NCBI GenBank assembly: GCA_001771575.1
Contig: MEUD01000001.1
Coordinates: 768,815-832,814, forward strand
Source: a candidate division WOR-1 bacterium RIFOXYB2_FULL_45_9
Lineage (GTDB): Bacteria; Margulisbacteria; WOR-1; O2-12-FULL-45-9; XYB2-FULL-48-7
Length of the DNA: 64,000 bases
Reading direction: 5' to 3'
Positions 1 through 8,363 of this stretch are shown here, piece after piece. Every line of letters starts with the position of its first letter. The first letter of the stretch is position 1. The notes beneath the pieces are model-generated. The model saw only the letters and a list, made by a program, of their open reading frames with translations. It made no database searches and had not been told where the DNA came from. Position numbers and translations under genes: made by a program.

Positions 1-1327
1 CTAGAACAACCCTATCTTCAATTCCCTCAAGATGTTTGGCAAGGACCTTTTCTCCAACTTGCCGGGTGGCGGGAGAGGCAAAGTCCAACAAATATTCCTT
101 AAAGGTCAGCAGAGCGTTTGGCGTGCAAAAATCGCGAATGAACCCAGTCTTGGCAAAGCCCATGAAATTCTCGCCAGTCCTGCCAAGGCGATAACAGGCG
201 GTGCAGAAGCTGGGAATACAACCCTTATCACACAGGTCATAGATCACCTGGTCAAGCGGTCTCGTATCCTCGATCTGGAACTGTTCTTCCACTTCAACAT
301 GCGCCAATTGGTCCTTGTATCCCCCAGGATATGTCCGCGAACCGGCCGAAATTTGAGAAATTCCCAACCCGACCAGCTCATCCCTCAATCCAGCCGACTC
401 CCGGGTGGAAAGGATCAGTCCGGTATAAGGGACTGCCAGGCGGATAATTGCCACAAGCTTCTTGAATTCATCGTTGGATACTGGGTGCGGCGGCCGATTG
501 GCCGCGGGAGCGTTGAGCGCCGGCTCAAGCCGGGGGACCGAAATGGTATGGGGACCCGAACCATATTCCTTTTCCAGGTGCATTGAATGAAAAAGTAAAG
601 CCAGGACCTCGAATTTATAATCATACAGGCCAAACAACACGCCGGCGCCGAGATCGTCGATCCCGGCTCGCTGGGCCCGATCAAAAGCGGAAAGACGCCA
701 CTCATAATCGGCTTTTTTACCTGAAGGGTGCATCTTTATATATGTTTCCCGATGATATGTCTCCTGAAAAGCCTGGTATGTGCCGATTTTCGCCGCTTTA
801 AGTCGTTTAAAGTCTTCTAAGGAAAGCGGAGCCAAATTAACATTTATTCTGCGAATCTCGCCTTTTTCGATCTTGACGGAATAAGCCCGATCGATCGCTT
901 GCTCAATAAAATCAATGTTCGCGTATTTTGGATGCTCGCCAAAAACCATCAAGATCCGTTTCTGCCCTATCTTCTCAAGGATCATAACCTCTTCGGCGAT
1001 CTCTGCCAAAGAAAGCGTTTTCCTAGTCAAACCGGTATTATCTTTGCGAAAACCGCAATAAAGACAGTTGTTAACGCATTCATTCGTCACATATAGCGGG
1101 GCAAAGAGGACCACCCGTTTACCGTATATTTGTTCTTTTACTTTCCTGGCGGTCTGGAAAATTTGTCCGACCAGGTCTTTATCCTCGCACTGCAAAAGAA
1201 TGGCGGTTTCCTCCGGTAAAAGCCCCTGACTTTCCTCTGCCTTGGCCAGTATCTCCCTGATCCTGACGGGATCAGGCTTTTTTGCTCTAACCAGCAGGGA
1301 ACCGATCTCAGCTTCGTTTATTATCAC
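1..1327 (-). CDS. hydG: [FeFe]-hydrogenase H-cluster maturase HydG (radical SAM tyrosine lyase); C-terminal end runs off the window
   Basis: Absent from the ORF track because no stop lies in the window. The minus-strand frame starts at GTG 1327-1325 (GTGA overlap with the stop of 1324..2094). It reads IINEAEIGSLL...VTNECVNNCLYCGFRK (CX3CX2C) ... PSFCTACYRLGRTGENFMGFAKTGFIRDFCTPNALL ... LEGIEDRVVL, then leaves the window. The CX2CX22C auxiliary cluster is what separates HydG from ThiH. Confidence 0.9.
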   Translation of the reverse strand, partial: MIINEAEIGSLLVRAKKPDPVRIREILAKAEESQGLLPEETAILLQCEDKDLVGQIFQTARKVKEQIYGKRVVLFAPLYVTNECVNNCLYCGFRKDNTGLTRKTLSLAEIAEEVMILEKIGQKRILMVFGEHPKYANIDFIEQAIDRAYSVKIEKGEIRRINVNLAPLSLEDFKRLKAAKIGTYQAFQETYHRETYIKMHPSGKKADYEWRLSAFDRAQRAGIDDLGAGVLFGLYDYKFEVLALLFHSMHLEKEYGSGPHTISVPRLEPALNAPAANRPPHPVSNDEFKKLVAIIRLAVPYTGLILSTRESAGLRDELVGLGISQISAGSRTYPGGYKDQLAHVEVEEQFQIEDTRPLDQVIYDLCDKGCIPSFCTACYRLGRTGENFMGFAKTGFIRDFCTPNALLTFKEYLLDFASPATRQVGEKVLAKHLEGIEDRVVL

Positions 1328-2094
1328 TCTTTCGGTCTCCTCCGTCTTACCTCTTTTTCATCCAATGGCCGGGTCTCCGGCCGCTCAACATCATAAACAG
1401 AATAAACCTTGATAAGTCCTGTATTCAGAAATATTTTCTTTATCTCAGCCATCTCATCGGCAGTCAGCGGTTTGATCGGGTTAGGCCGCAGGGGGGTGTT
1501 GAGTTGGACTTCGACCGGTCCGATCTCTTTAGCCAACCGCGCCATTTGAGCCGCTTCCTTTTTATTCTGCGGAATAAACATCATCTGCAAAGCTAGTTTG
1601 CGCGGATATTCCCTGTTAAATCTGACGATTCCATCAACAATCATATGGGAGGTTATACCACGCGATGGGCGGTTCACAAGCTTAAATATCTCTTCATTCG
1701 GCGCGTCGAGCTTGGCCACGACCAGATCGGCCGCGCTCAATTCCTTCCTAACCAAAGAGTCATGCATCATCGTGGAATTAGTCAAAACAGCGACCGGTTT
1801 ATTAAAATGCCCTTTGATCTTTTCAATGGCGTCCCCAAGGTTTACCGCCAGCGTCGGCTCTCCGGTACCGGACAATGTAACATAATCAATGTTTAAACGC
1901 GGGAGGCCTTCTAATTCCTTAACAATCTCCGTGATCGGAACAAACACCTGACGTTTGATAAAATGCCGGATGGTTTTACCAAGCTGGCAATAAAGACAGT
2001 CAAAAGAACAGGTTTTTTCTCCGGAAACAAGATCTACACCGAGGGAGCGTCCTAACCGCCAGGACGGGACCGGGCCATAAACATATTTCATCAT
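1324..2094 (-). CDS. small radical SAM protein, function unknown
   Basis: 256 aa. CSFDCLYC (CX3CX2C) about 30 aa from the N-terminus and a GTGEPTL SAM-pocket-like motif. 4-nt overlaps with both neighbours. Confidence 0.75.
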   Translation of the reverse strand: MMKYVYGPVPSWRLGRSLGVDLVSGEKTCSFDCLYCQLGKTIRHFIKRQVFVPITEIVKELEGLPRLNIDYVTLSGTGEPTLAVNLGDAIEKIKGHFNKPVAVLTNSTMMHDSLVRKELSAADLVVAKLDAPNEEIFKLVNRPSRGITSHMIVDGIVRFNREYPRKLALQMMFIPQNKKEAAQMARLAKEIGPVEVQLNTPLRPNPIKPLTADEMAEIKKIFLNTGLIKVYSVYDVERPETRPLDEKEVRRRRPKE

Positions 2095-3440
2095 ATTTTC
2101 CCAGCCGCATCCTGCGCCGCCAGGACCAGCGGGTACATGGTCGGCGCCGCGGTCAGATGAGGATGGGTCGCCATCTGCAGTGTTTCCAGTTCGGTGCAGG
2201 AAACCCTTTTCTGGATTGCCATGCCAACAATGTTGATTATTTCTCCGGCGGACATTCCTCCGGCCACCTGCCCTCCCATGACAATGCCGGACTGCTTGGA
2301 AAAGATCAATTTCAATCTGGTTTTCTCCGCGCCGGGCATAGCGGCAGGATGTTTGTTGGGCGCCTCCGCCTGACCGACCACGATCTCAAAACCCTCTTTT
2401 TTGGCGGCCGCTTCCGTCAAACCGCCGGAACCCATGACCAAACCGTCGATCCAGGTAGAATAAATGGCGATAGTTCCCTTGTTTTCCCGCACTACTTTTA
2501 ATTGGTATAGATTGGAGCCAGCGACCCTGGCTTCCGCTGTGGCGGTGGAAGCCAGCATTACCGGCAGATCTTTTCTGGTGAAAAAGTCGTTTTTACCGGC
2601 GCAGTCTCCCACCGCGAAGACATCAGGGTCCTGGGTACGCATGTATTCGTCCACCCAGATCCCTTTCCCTTTTCCCAGATCAAGGCCTGCCTCCCTCGCC
2701 AGTTTGGTGTTCGGTACGGCGCCGATTCCCAAAATAACCATGTCCGCCCGCAGACAGGCGCCGTTTGACAAATAAGCTTCGGTCGCCCCTTTTCCTTCTT
2801 TTAACTCCTGCACCTTGCAGTTGAGCAAAATATTGACCCCTTTGGCCTTTAGTTTCTCTTCCGCCATAATGCCAAACTCCTCGTCAAAGGAATTTTGTAA
2901 TAGATGAGGCAGAAATTCGACCAAATGAACGGTCAACCCCGCAATCCCGGCTAATTCATCGGCAAATTCCACTCCGATAAACCCTCCGCCGATAATCAGA
3001 ACATTTTTAGCCTTAAGCACCCGCTCTTTCAGTTGCTTTAAATACCCCAGCTCTTTAACGATCGGATAAACATTTGGCTGATCAATTCCTTTGATCGGCG
3101 GCAGGATAGGATTGGACCCTGTCGCCAGGATCAATTTTTCGTAGGTCAGCTCCTGCCCTTTTTTAGTCTTGATCGTTTTCACTTTGCGGTCGATCGCTAC
3201 CACTTCGTCGACCATGATTGAAACATTGTTCTTTTGCAAAGGGGCGTCGCCCATGATGTTGTCTTCCGGCTTAAAAAGAGTCTTGAACATATAAGGGATC
3301 CCGCACGGGACCACGCCGATCTCCGTGTTTTTGATCAATAGGATCTTTTTATCAGGATAATACTTCCGCGCAGTAACCGCGCTGATGATCCCCGCCGGGC
3401 CGCCGCCGACAACAACAACATCGAAATTCTCATTACTCAT
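2091..3440 (-). CDS. FAD-dependent pyridine nucleotide-disulfide oxidoreductase (NADH oxidase / CoA-disulfide reductase-like)
   Basis: 449 aa. N-terminal VVVVGGGPAGI dinucleotide fold, second fold VLIIGGGFIGVE, single Cys in VVPCGIPY at the Nox/CoADR position. Confidence 0.85.
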   Translation of the reverse strand: MSNENFDVVVVGGGPAGIISAVTARKYYPDKKILLIKNTEIGVVPCGIPYMFKTLFKPEDNIMGDAPLQKNNVSIMVDEVVAIDRKVKTIKTKKGQELTYEKLILATGSNPILPPIKGIDQPNVYPIVKELGYLKQLKERVLKAKNVLIIGGGFIGVEFADELAGIAGLTVHLVEFLPHLLQNSFDEEFGIMAEEKLKAKGVNILLNCKVQELKEGKGATEAYLSNGACLRADMVILGIGAVPNTKLAREAGLDLGKGKGIWVDEYMRTQDPDVFAVGDCAGKNDFFTRKDLPVMLASTATAEARVAGSNLYQLKVVRENKGTIAIYSTWIDGLVMGSGGLTEAAAKKEGFEIVVGQAEAPNKHPAAMPGAEKTRLKLIFSKQSGIVMGGQVAGGMSAGEIINIVGMAIQKRVSCTELETLQMATHPHLTAAPTMYPLVLAAQDAAGKI

Positions 3441-3482
3441 TGTTTTCCCCCTTTTTAAACAACTTAACCGATCATTTATAAT

Positions 3483-4253
3483 TCATATACCCCTGATAAT
3501 AACGTTTGATATCTCTTTTTTTGCCGCTTCAGCCATTTCTTCCAGTTTTTCGCGCGGATGCGGCTCGATCTTTCTAAATGATTCGTCCCAGCTGTGGTCC
3601 GGCGCGAACTGCTGCAGAACATACTTATCCGCCCCCGCGATATGTCCGACAATGTCTTTAACATCGGCAACATCGATCAAGGTAGGAACAACCGTCGTCC
3701 GGAATTCGTATTCAACCCCGCTACCCATAATAATCGCTATGCTCTGTTTGATCTTTTCGAGGTCAGTTTTTACCCCGGTCAGCCGGTCGTATCTTTCATC
3801 CAGCGGCCCCTTGATATCCATGGCAAAATAATCAACCAATTTCTCATTCAGCGCGTTTTTCAGGCATTCCGGCCTGGTCCCGTTGCTGTCCAATTTAATC
3901 ATGAACCCGTTGGCCTTGATCCTTTTCATGAAACGGATAAGTCCACGATCGTGATGCAAGCAGGGCTCCCCTCCGGTCAAACAAATCCCGTCAATAAAAT
4001 CCCGATGTTTTATTAGATGCTTTTCAATCCTCTCCAAAGAGATCGTTTCATACTCCTGCGGTTTTTCGATCAATCCGGCATTATGGCAAAATGGACAGCG
4101 AAAATTGCATCCTGCCACGTACAGGGTGGAAACGATTTTACCATCCCAATCAAGAAACGATGTTTCAATAAAACCTTTTATTTCCAGTTCCATTTTATTA
4201 TTTTCCTTTCCAACGAGTCGTGCCTCTATTGCGCTCTTAATGGGTCCAATCAA
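3483..4253 (-). CDS. radical SAM activating enzyme, NrdG/PflA (glycyl-radical activase) family
   Basis: FLDWDGKIVSTLYVAGCNFRCPFCHN is the NrdG-type signature. The real start may be M21 (MELEIKGF, nt 4193), which would remove the overlap with the upstream gene. Confidence 0.8.
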   Translation of the reverse strand: MIGPIKSAIEARLVGKENNKMELEIKGFIETSFLDWDGKIVSTLYVAGCNFRCPFCHNAGLIEKPQEYETISLERIEKHLIKHRDFIDGICLTGGEPCLHHDRGLIRFMKRIKANGFMIKLDSNGTRPECLKNALNEKLVDYFAMDIKGPLDERYDRLTGVKTDLEKIKQSIAIIMGSGVEYEFRTTVVPTLIDVADVKDIVGHIAGADKYVLQQFAPDHSWDESFRKIEPHPREKLEEMAEAAKKEISNVIIRGI

Positions 4254-4578
4254 TTATCTTTATCCCCGGGCCAATTTTTTTCGCGATGCTCTCCTTCATT
4301 TTTTCAAAATGCGGACAAGGAACCCCGATCGGGTTCCCTTTGCTTATACAGGACGCGATAACGATCGCCTCTGCGCCCCTCTCTACCATCATTTTTGCCC
4401 GCGAAACAGCCCTTTTCCCCGGACAACCACCGCAAGAAACAAAACCAACGATTTCGCAGGGACCGGCTTCTGCAAATGCCATTTTACCTTCACCGGCAAC
4501 TTTAAAATCGGTATTCCCCGGACACATATCCTCGGTTTGCTGACATCTAATTATCCCAATCTTCATTTTTTCGCTCAT
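4237..4578 (-). CDS. CGGC domain protein
   Basis: 113 aa. IIRCQQTEDMCPG ... VSCGGCPGKR ... ASCISKG ... PCPHF Cys pattern typical of the CGGC family. Confidence 0.7.
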   Translation of the reverse strand: MSEKMKIGIIRCQQTEDMCPGNTDFKVAGEGKMAFAEAGPCEIVGFVSCGGCPGKRAVSRAKMMVERGAEAIVIASCISKGNPIGVPCPHFEKMKESIAKKIGPGIKIIDWTH

Positions 4579-4584
4579 TATATA

Positions 4585-5268
4585 TCAATTCCTTACTTTC
4601 TTTTCCGCTAAAATCCCGATAAAAGAACTGTTGGGTAATTTAAAAAAAGATAACCAGGTCTCAATCTTCTCCCGCCAGCCAAGCGCTTGTTCCGTTGCCG
4701 GCAGCGGCAGATGAAGTGTTCCTTGCCAGGAGATCTTCTTGTCATGACCCAGCAATTCCTTTACTTCCGTTAAAGTATAAAAATTGACCTGCCGCCAGAT
4801 CCCCTCACCCATTTTTTGCCTACGCCAGTTAATAATGCCGTTTCGATTCAAAATCCCGATCAAAACCTTTCCTTTGCCGACTCTAAACGCTTCGTTAAGC
4901 GCTTTCCGGGGATCATCCAGCAATTCCAAAACGGTGATCATTGTTACCAGGTCGAACGAACGGTCGGCAAAAGGCAGTTTATAAGCATTACCCGGCAGGA
5001 AACTGACCCCTTTGTTTCCGTAAAGTCGCGTCGCTTCAGCCAACATTTCCGGAGAAAGTTCCAGTCCGGTCACTGTCCCGCCTAATTCGCTAAAAAAAAC
5101 GGAAAAATGCCCTGTCCCGCAACCAACATCCAACACTTTGTCTCCCGGCCTTATTTTCACCAAACCGGCAAGGACCTTTTTCTCCAACCGGTCGGCAAAG
5201 CGCCCCTTAATCGTTGAGAACCAAGCCTCATAACCCTTCGCGATCGCGCCCCGAAATTCCAAAGCCAT
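4585..5268 (-). CDS. class I SAM-dependent methyltransferase
   Basis: VLDVGCGTGHFS motif I. The track ORF extends to 5313, but the ATG at 5268 follows the upstream stop (5270-5272) by 1 nt, so the shorter start is preferred. Confidence 0.8.
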   Translation of the reverse strand: MALEFRGAIAKGYEAWFSTIKGRFADRLEKKVLAGLVKIRPGDKVLDVGCGTGHFSVFFSELGGTVTGLELSPEMLAEATRLYGNKGVSFLPGNAYKLPFADRSFDLVTMITVLELLDDPRKALNEAFRVGKGKVLIGILNRNGIINWRRQKMGEGIWRQVNFYTLTEVKELLGHDKKISWQGTLHLPLPATEQALGWREKIETWLSFFKLPNSSFIGILAEKKVRN

Positions 5269-5269
5269 C

Positions 5270-5602
5270 TTAAAACCAACCTTTGCCGGTCCCCCAGGTC
5301 GGATCGTCGCCAAACTGCTCTTTCCAGCGGGTTAACGGGTCATCCTCGGTCACTTTCCGTTCGATAAAATCGTAACGATAATTTTTTACATACCGCATAA
5401 TGATTTTATGAGCCAAGTTAATCTCTTTCATTTTTTCATGGCAAAGATCTTGGTCTCTCCCCTCTCGCTTGTCCGGATGCCATTCCTTGGCTAAACGGCG
5501 ATAGGCTTTTTGAATTTCAGCTAAATCCGCTTTTTCTCCCAGACCTAAAACTTTTCTTGCCTGCTCAATTTCCGTAAAAGTCGAACCGGCCATCCATTCC
5601 AC
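5270..5602 (-). CDS. small J-domain (DnaJ-like) protein
   Basis: 110 aa. KAYRRLAKEWHPDK contains the HPD motif. No Zn-finger or C-terminal DnaJ domains. Confidence 0.75.
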   Translation of the reverse strand: MEWMAGSTFTEIEQARKVLGLGEKADLAEIQKAYRRLAKEWHPDKREGRDQDLCHEKMKEINLAHKIIMRYVKNYRYDFIERKVTEDDPLTRWKEQFGDDPTWGTGKGWF

Positions 5603-5614
5603 CCTCCCTATCCA

Positions 5615-5947
5615 TTAGGCCATTTCCAATAAATCGCCTATCTCTCCATTCAACCTCTCCTCGTCCATAAAACCGGCGATCCGACCGACCTCTTCCCCTT
5701 TCGAAAACATCACCATGGAGGGAATGCTTCTAATCTGATATTTATCAGCCAGTTCTTTATCTGTTTCGCCGTTTATTTTTACGATTTTCAGCCTCCCTTT
5801 ATATTTATCAGCCGATTTTTCTAATAACGGAGCGATCATTTTGCATGGACCGCACCAGGGAGCCCAAAAATCGACCAAGACCGGACGATCGCTTTGCAAT
5901 ACTTCCGCGGTGAAATTTTGATTGGTTACCTCCAGTAGTCCGCTCAC
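5615..5947 (-). CDS. trxA: thioredoxin
   Basis: 110 aa. VLVDFWAPWCGPCK active site and thioredoxin-length protein. Confidence 0.9.
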   Translation of the reverse strand: MSGLLEVTNQNFTAEVLQSDRPVLVDFWAPWCGPCKMIAPLLEKSADKYKGRLKIVKINGETDKELADKYQIRSIPSMVMFSKGEEVGRIAGFMDEERLNGEIGDLLEMA

Positions 5948-6339
5948 CGCGAGCTTCCTTGGCCCTGCCGGCCGGCAGACTGGCCATTATGGCTGGCAAC
6001 CGACGGCCCCGCTATTTCCGTTAGCCTCCCGGCCTTATAATCAGCGATCGCCTGTCTAACGGTACCGGACGCCCCGACCAAAACCTTAACGCCCAAAGCG
6101 GACAACGTCTGGTGAGCATTCGGCCCGACATTTCCAGTGACAACCGCTTGAATCCCCTCGCTTGCTACCAGTTGAGCCGACTGGATCCCTGCTCCACCGG
6201 AAGACTCGAGGTTGGGATTGGGAAAAGCTTTGATTTCTAAACTTTCCGGATCAACAATAACAAAGTAAGCACAACGGCCAAAGCGCGGGTCAACCATGGC
6301 ATCTAAATTATCTTCAGTCGCGGTCACGCATATTTTCAT
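5944..6339 (-). CDS. NifX/NifB-C-like (dinitrogenase FeMo-cofactor-binding fold) protein
   Basis: PRFGRCAYFVIVD ... GAGIQSAQLVASEGIQAVVTGNVGPNA pattern of the NifX_NifB family. Confidence 0.8.
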   Translation of the reverse strand: MKICVTATEDNLDAMVDPRFGRCAYFVIVDPESLEIKAFPNPNLESSGGAGIQSAQLVASEGIQAVVTGNVGPNAHQTLSALGVKVLVGASGTVRQAIADYKAGRLTEIAGPSVASHNGQSAGRQGQGSSR

Positions 6340-6348
6340 TCTTTCTCC

Positions 6349-6726
6349 TTAGTGACAGGCGCCGGTCACGCCATGATCACGACAAGCATCCAATCCTCCC
6401 AGAGCGTTATTCATAAGGTCATCCAGCGCCGCCTGGGCCTTGCCGGAATAACCAAAAACTTTCACTCCAGCGCTAGCAAATTTCTGCTGCGCTCCCATCC
6501 CCATGCCTCCGGCTATCACGTGGGTCACGGCATGTTTTAATATCTCATCAACCGCGACACAACCGCCGCCTCCATGCTGGGCGTTATTGGGGACAATCAT
6601 GGAGCCAACAACTTTCTTTTTTTCACTGTCGACATCGGCAATAAAAAAATACTTGCACTGACCGAAATGAGCGCAAACATCCCCGGCTAAGCCGTTTTCA
6701 TTTTCTAAAACAATACCAACTTTCAT
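6349..6726 (-). CDS. NifX/NifB-C-like protein (second copy)
   Basis: AHFGQCKYFFIADVD ... HAVTHVIAGGMGMGA. ATG at 6726 preceded by AAGGAG, 1 nt after the upstream stop. The track version starts at 6747. Confidence 0.8.
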   Translation of the reverse strand: MKVGIVLENENGLAGDVCAHFGQCKYFFIADVDSEKKKVVGSMIVPNNAQHGGGGCVAVDEILKHAVTHVIAGGMGMGAQQKFASAGVKVFGYSGKAQAALDDLMNNALGGLDACRDHGVTGACH

Positions 6727-6727
6727 C

Positions 6728-6988
6728 TTACTTTTTCTCCTTTTCAATTTCGGCTAAACGCGCATCGATCATGTCGCGCTCCGCTTTCAGCTCCGCCACT
6801 TCATCCGCCGCATTGGAAGGGGCAAAAACATTGCTCACCGCTCCCAAAGCCCTGCCAAACCAGCTTCCTCTGCCTCGCCCCACACCACGACCGGCGCGAA
6901 GTCCGCGACCAAAAGGGACACAGCCGCCGCGTCCCCCACCCGTGCCAGCCCCCTGTCCCCATGGACCAGTCCTATCTCCACCTGGCAT
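6728..6988 (-). CDS. DUF5320-like Gly/Arg-rich small protein with C-terminal coiled coil
   Basis: MPGGDRTGPWGQGAGTGGGRGGC... followed by ELKAERDMIDARLAEIEKE. This composition and the position after DUF134 match the DUF5320 family. Confidence 0.6.
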   Translation of the reverse strand: MPGGDRTGPWGQGAGTGGGRGGCVPFGRGLRAGRGVGRGRGSWFGRALGAVSNVFAPSNAADEVAELKAERDMIDARLAEIEKEKK

Positions 6989-7008
6989 ATAAATTCACCC
7001 CCTTATAA

Positions 7009-7341
7009 TTACCAGCCTTGACCACAGCGCCTGCGACCTCTGCCGCGAGGAACAATGTGCTCTCCACCTTCAATTTGCAAAGCCTTCCCTTGAGTAATCG
7101 CTTCGATAGTCTTTTTTCTCCCAGCATACAGCAAGCGCTGAAGAGTTCCCCGCGAAATGTTCATCTGCATGGCCGCTTCTTCCTGCTCCAACCCTTCGTG
7201 GTCGCAGAGCCGCATCGCTTCTATCTCATCGTGGCCCAGCAGAATGATCTCCAGGGATGAAAGCGGCATCGCCCGGGGCTTATAAAAACCGTCTCCCATA
7301 AACGGCCGGCAAACCCTGCCCTTTCTTTGCCTTGGCGTCAT
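7009..7341 (-). CDS. DUF134 (UPF0251) putative DNA-binding protein
   Basis: FKPRAMPLSSLEIILLGHDEIEAMRLCDHEGLEQEEAAMQMNISRGTLQRLL, a sigma-70 region-4-like HTH typical of DUF134. GGAGG RBS upstream. Confidence 0.75.
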   Translation of the reverse strand: MTPRQRKGRVCRPFMGDGFYKPRAMPLSSLEIILLGHDEIEAMRLCDHEGLEQEEAAMQMNISRGTLQRLLYAGRKKTIEAITQGKALQIEGGEHIVPRGRGRRRCGQGW

Positions 7342-7359
7342 TGTTTTCCTCCAATCATT

Positions 7360-7375
7360 ATGTGCATATGCACAT
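7360..7375. promoter_or_regulatory. perfect 16-bp palindrome ATGTGCATATGCACAT (candidate operator)
   Basis: Lies between the -10 hexamer (overlapping it by 2 nt) and the RBS of the DUF134 gene. Confidence 0.45.
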
Positions 7376-7402
7376 TATAAGCCAACATACTTACTCTGTC
7401 AA
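7374..7402 (-). promoter_or_regulatory. sigma-70-type promoter of the DUF134-to-hydG operon
   Basis: The minus strand reads TTGACA (7402-7397), a 17-nt spacer, then TATAAT (7379-7374). Both hexamers are perfect consensus, about 32 nt upstream of the ATG. Confidence 0.65.
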
Positions 7403-7416
7403 CAATCGATCATAGA

Positions 7417-7452
7417 GAAAAAAATAAGGCGCCTGATGATCTCAGGCGCCTT
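7417..7452 (-). terminator. Rho-independent terminator after the RRM-protein gene
   Basis: 11-bp stem AAGGCGCCTGA / TCAGGCGCCTT (7426-7436 / 7442-7452). On the minus strand it is followed by ATTTTTTTCTC. Confidence 0.7.
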
Positions 7453-7476
7453 AAATGTTTTAGATGCGCAAAACGA

Positions 7477-7764
7477 CTAGAAGCGTTTAAAGTCTCTGCG
7501 TCCGCCGCCATCGCGGCTGTCGGTCCGTGGCTTGGCTTCGTTGACCGTTAGTTCACGATCGCCCCACTTGTAACCGCTCATGCCCGCTACCGCTTTGGCC
7601 ATGTCGTTATCGTCCATGTCGACAAAACCAAAACCGCGCGATTTATTCGTCATTTTATCCATCATGATCCTGGCGGAAATGACGTTGCCGAATTCAGAGA
7701 ATTTACTTCTAAGTTCGTCGTCAGTCGCCGACCATGGCAAATTTCCTACAAATATGCTTTTCAT
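7477..7764 (-). CDS. RRM-type RNA-binding protein
   Basis: 95 aa. IFVGNLPW (RNP2) and RGFGFVDM (RNP1) motifs, Gly/Arg tail. Confidence 0.85.
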   Translation of the reverse strand: MKSIFVGNLPWSATDDELRSKFSEFGNVISARIMMDKMTNKSRGFGFVDMDDNDMAKAVAGMSGYKWGDRELTVNEAKPRTDSRDGGGRRDFKRF

Positions 7765-7856
7765 GTTGCTTAACTCCTTATATCAGATTAAATACCATTA
7801 ATAGAAACTATTAATTTCGACCTTAGACTTATAGTATGACACCTTTTAATGAATAA

Positions 7857-8318
7857 TCATAGTGCCAGAATCTGGTATTCGACCAACCCCCGCGGCAGTT
7901 CAACTTCAACCTTGTCCCCCACTTTATGACCAAAGACCGCCGCGCCAAGAGGTGAATCGGTCGAGATCTTGCTCTCCAGCGGGTCGGCCTCCATGTCGGT
8001 CACCAGGGTAAATTCAAATTCGCTTCCGTTATCGAGCGCTTTGACCTTGACGGTGGAGCCAAGGTTTACCCCATCCCCTTTTGGAAGCTGGTCCTTCTCA
8101 ACGATCGTCGCGTTGGCGATCCTCTCTTCCAGTTCGCGGATCCTCATTTCGTTGAGTCCCTGTTCATCCTTGGCGGAGTGGTAGGCGGAATTTTCCCGGA
8201 GATCGCCGTGTTCCCGCGCCTCGCCGATCGTCTTTGAGATCTTGACCCGGCGCTTTTTTAGTTCTTCCAGTTTCTGTTGTAATTTCTCAAAGTTATCTTT
8301 AGTTATTAGTTCTCCCAT
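7857..8318 (-). CDS. greA: transcription elongation factor GreA
   Basis: 153 aa. Coiled-coil N-terminus with AREHGDLRENSAYHSAKDEQ acidic tip and a GreA C-terminal domain. Confidence 0.9.
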   Translation of the reverse strand: MGELITKDNFEKLQQKLEELKKRRVKISKTIGEAREHGDLRENSAYHSAKDEQGLNEMRIRELEERIANATIVEKDQLPKGDGVNLGSTVKVKALDNGSEFEFTLVTDMEADPLESKISTDSPLGAAVFGHKVGDKVEVELPRGLVEYQILAL

Positions 8319-8363
8319 AACATACTCCCTTCAATGATTGTTCACCATTATAGCAAAAATAAC

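Noticed and set aside
32-586. 184-aa plus-strand ORF at the window start
   Set aside because: Antisense to hydG, whose frame reads through this region with diagnostic radical SAM and C-terminal cluster motifs.
7797-7815. AT-rich palindrome ATTAATAG-AAA-CTATTAAT between greA and the RRM gene
   Set aside because: An 8-bp all-AT-rich stem in an AT-rich spacer could arise by chance. I could not define an adjacent promoter or U-tract.
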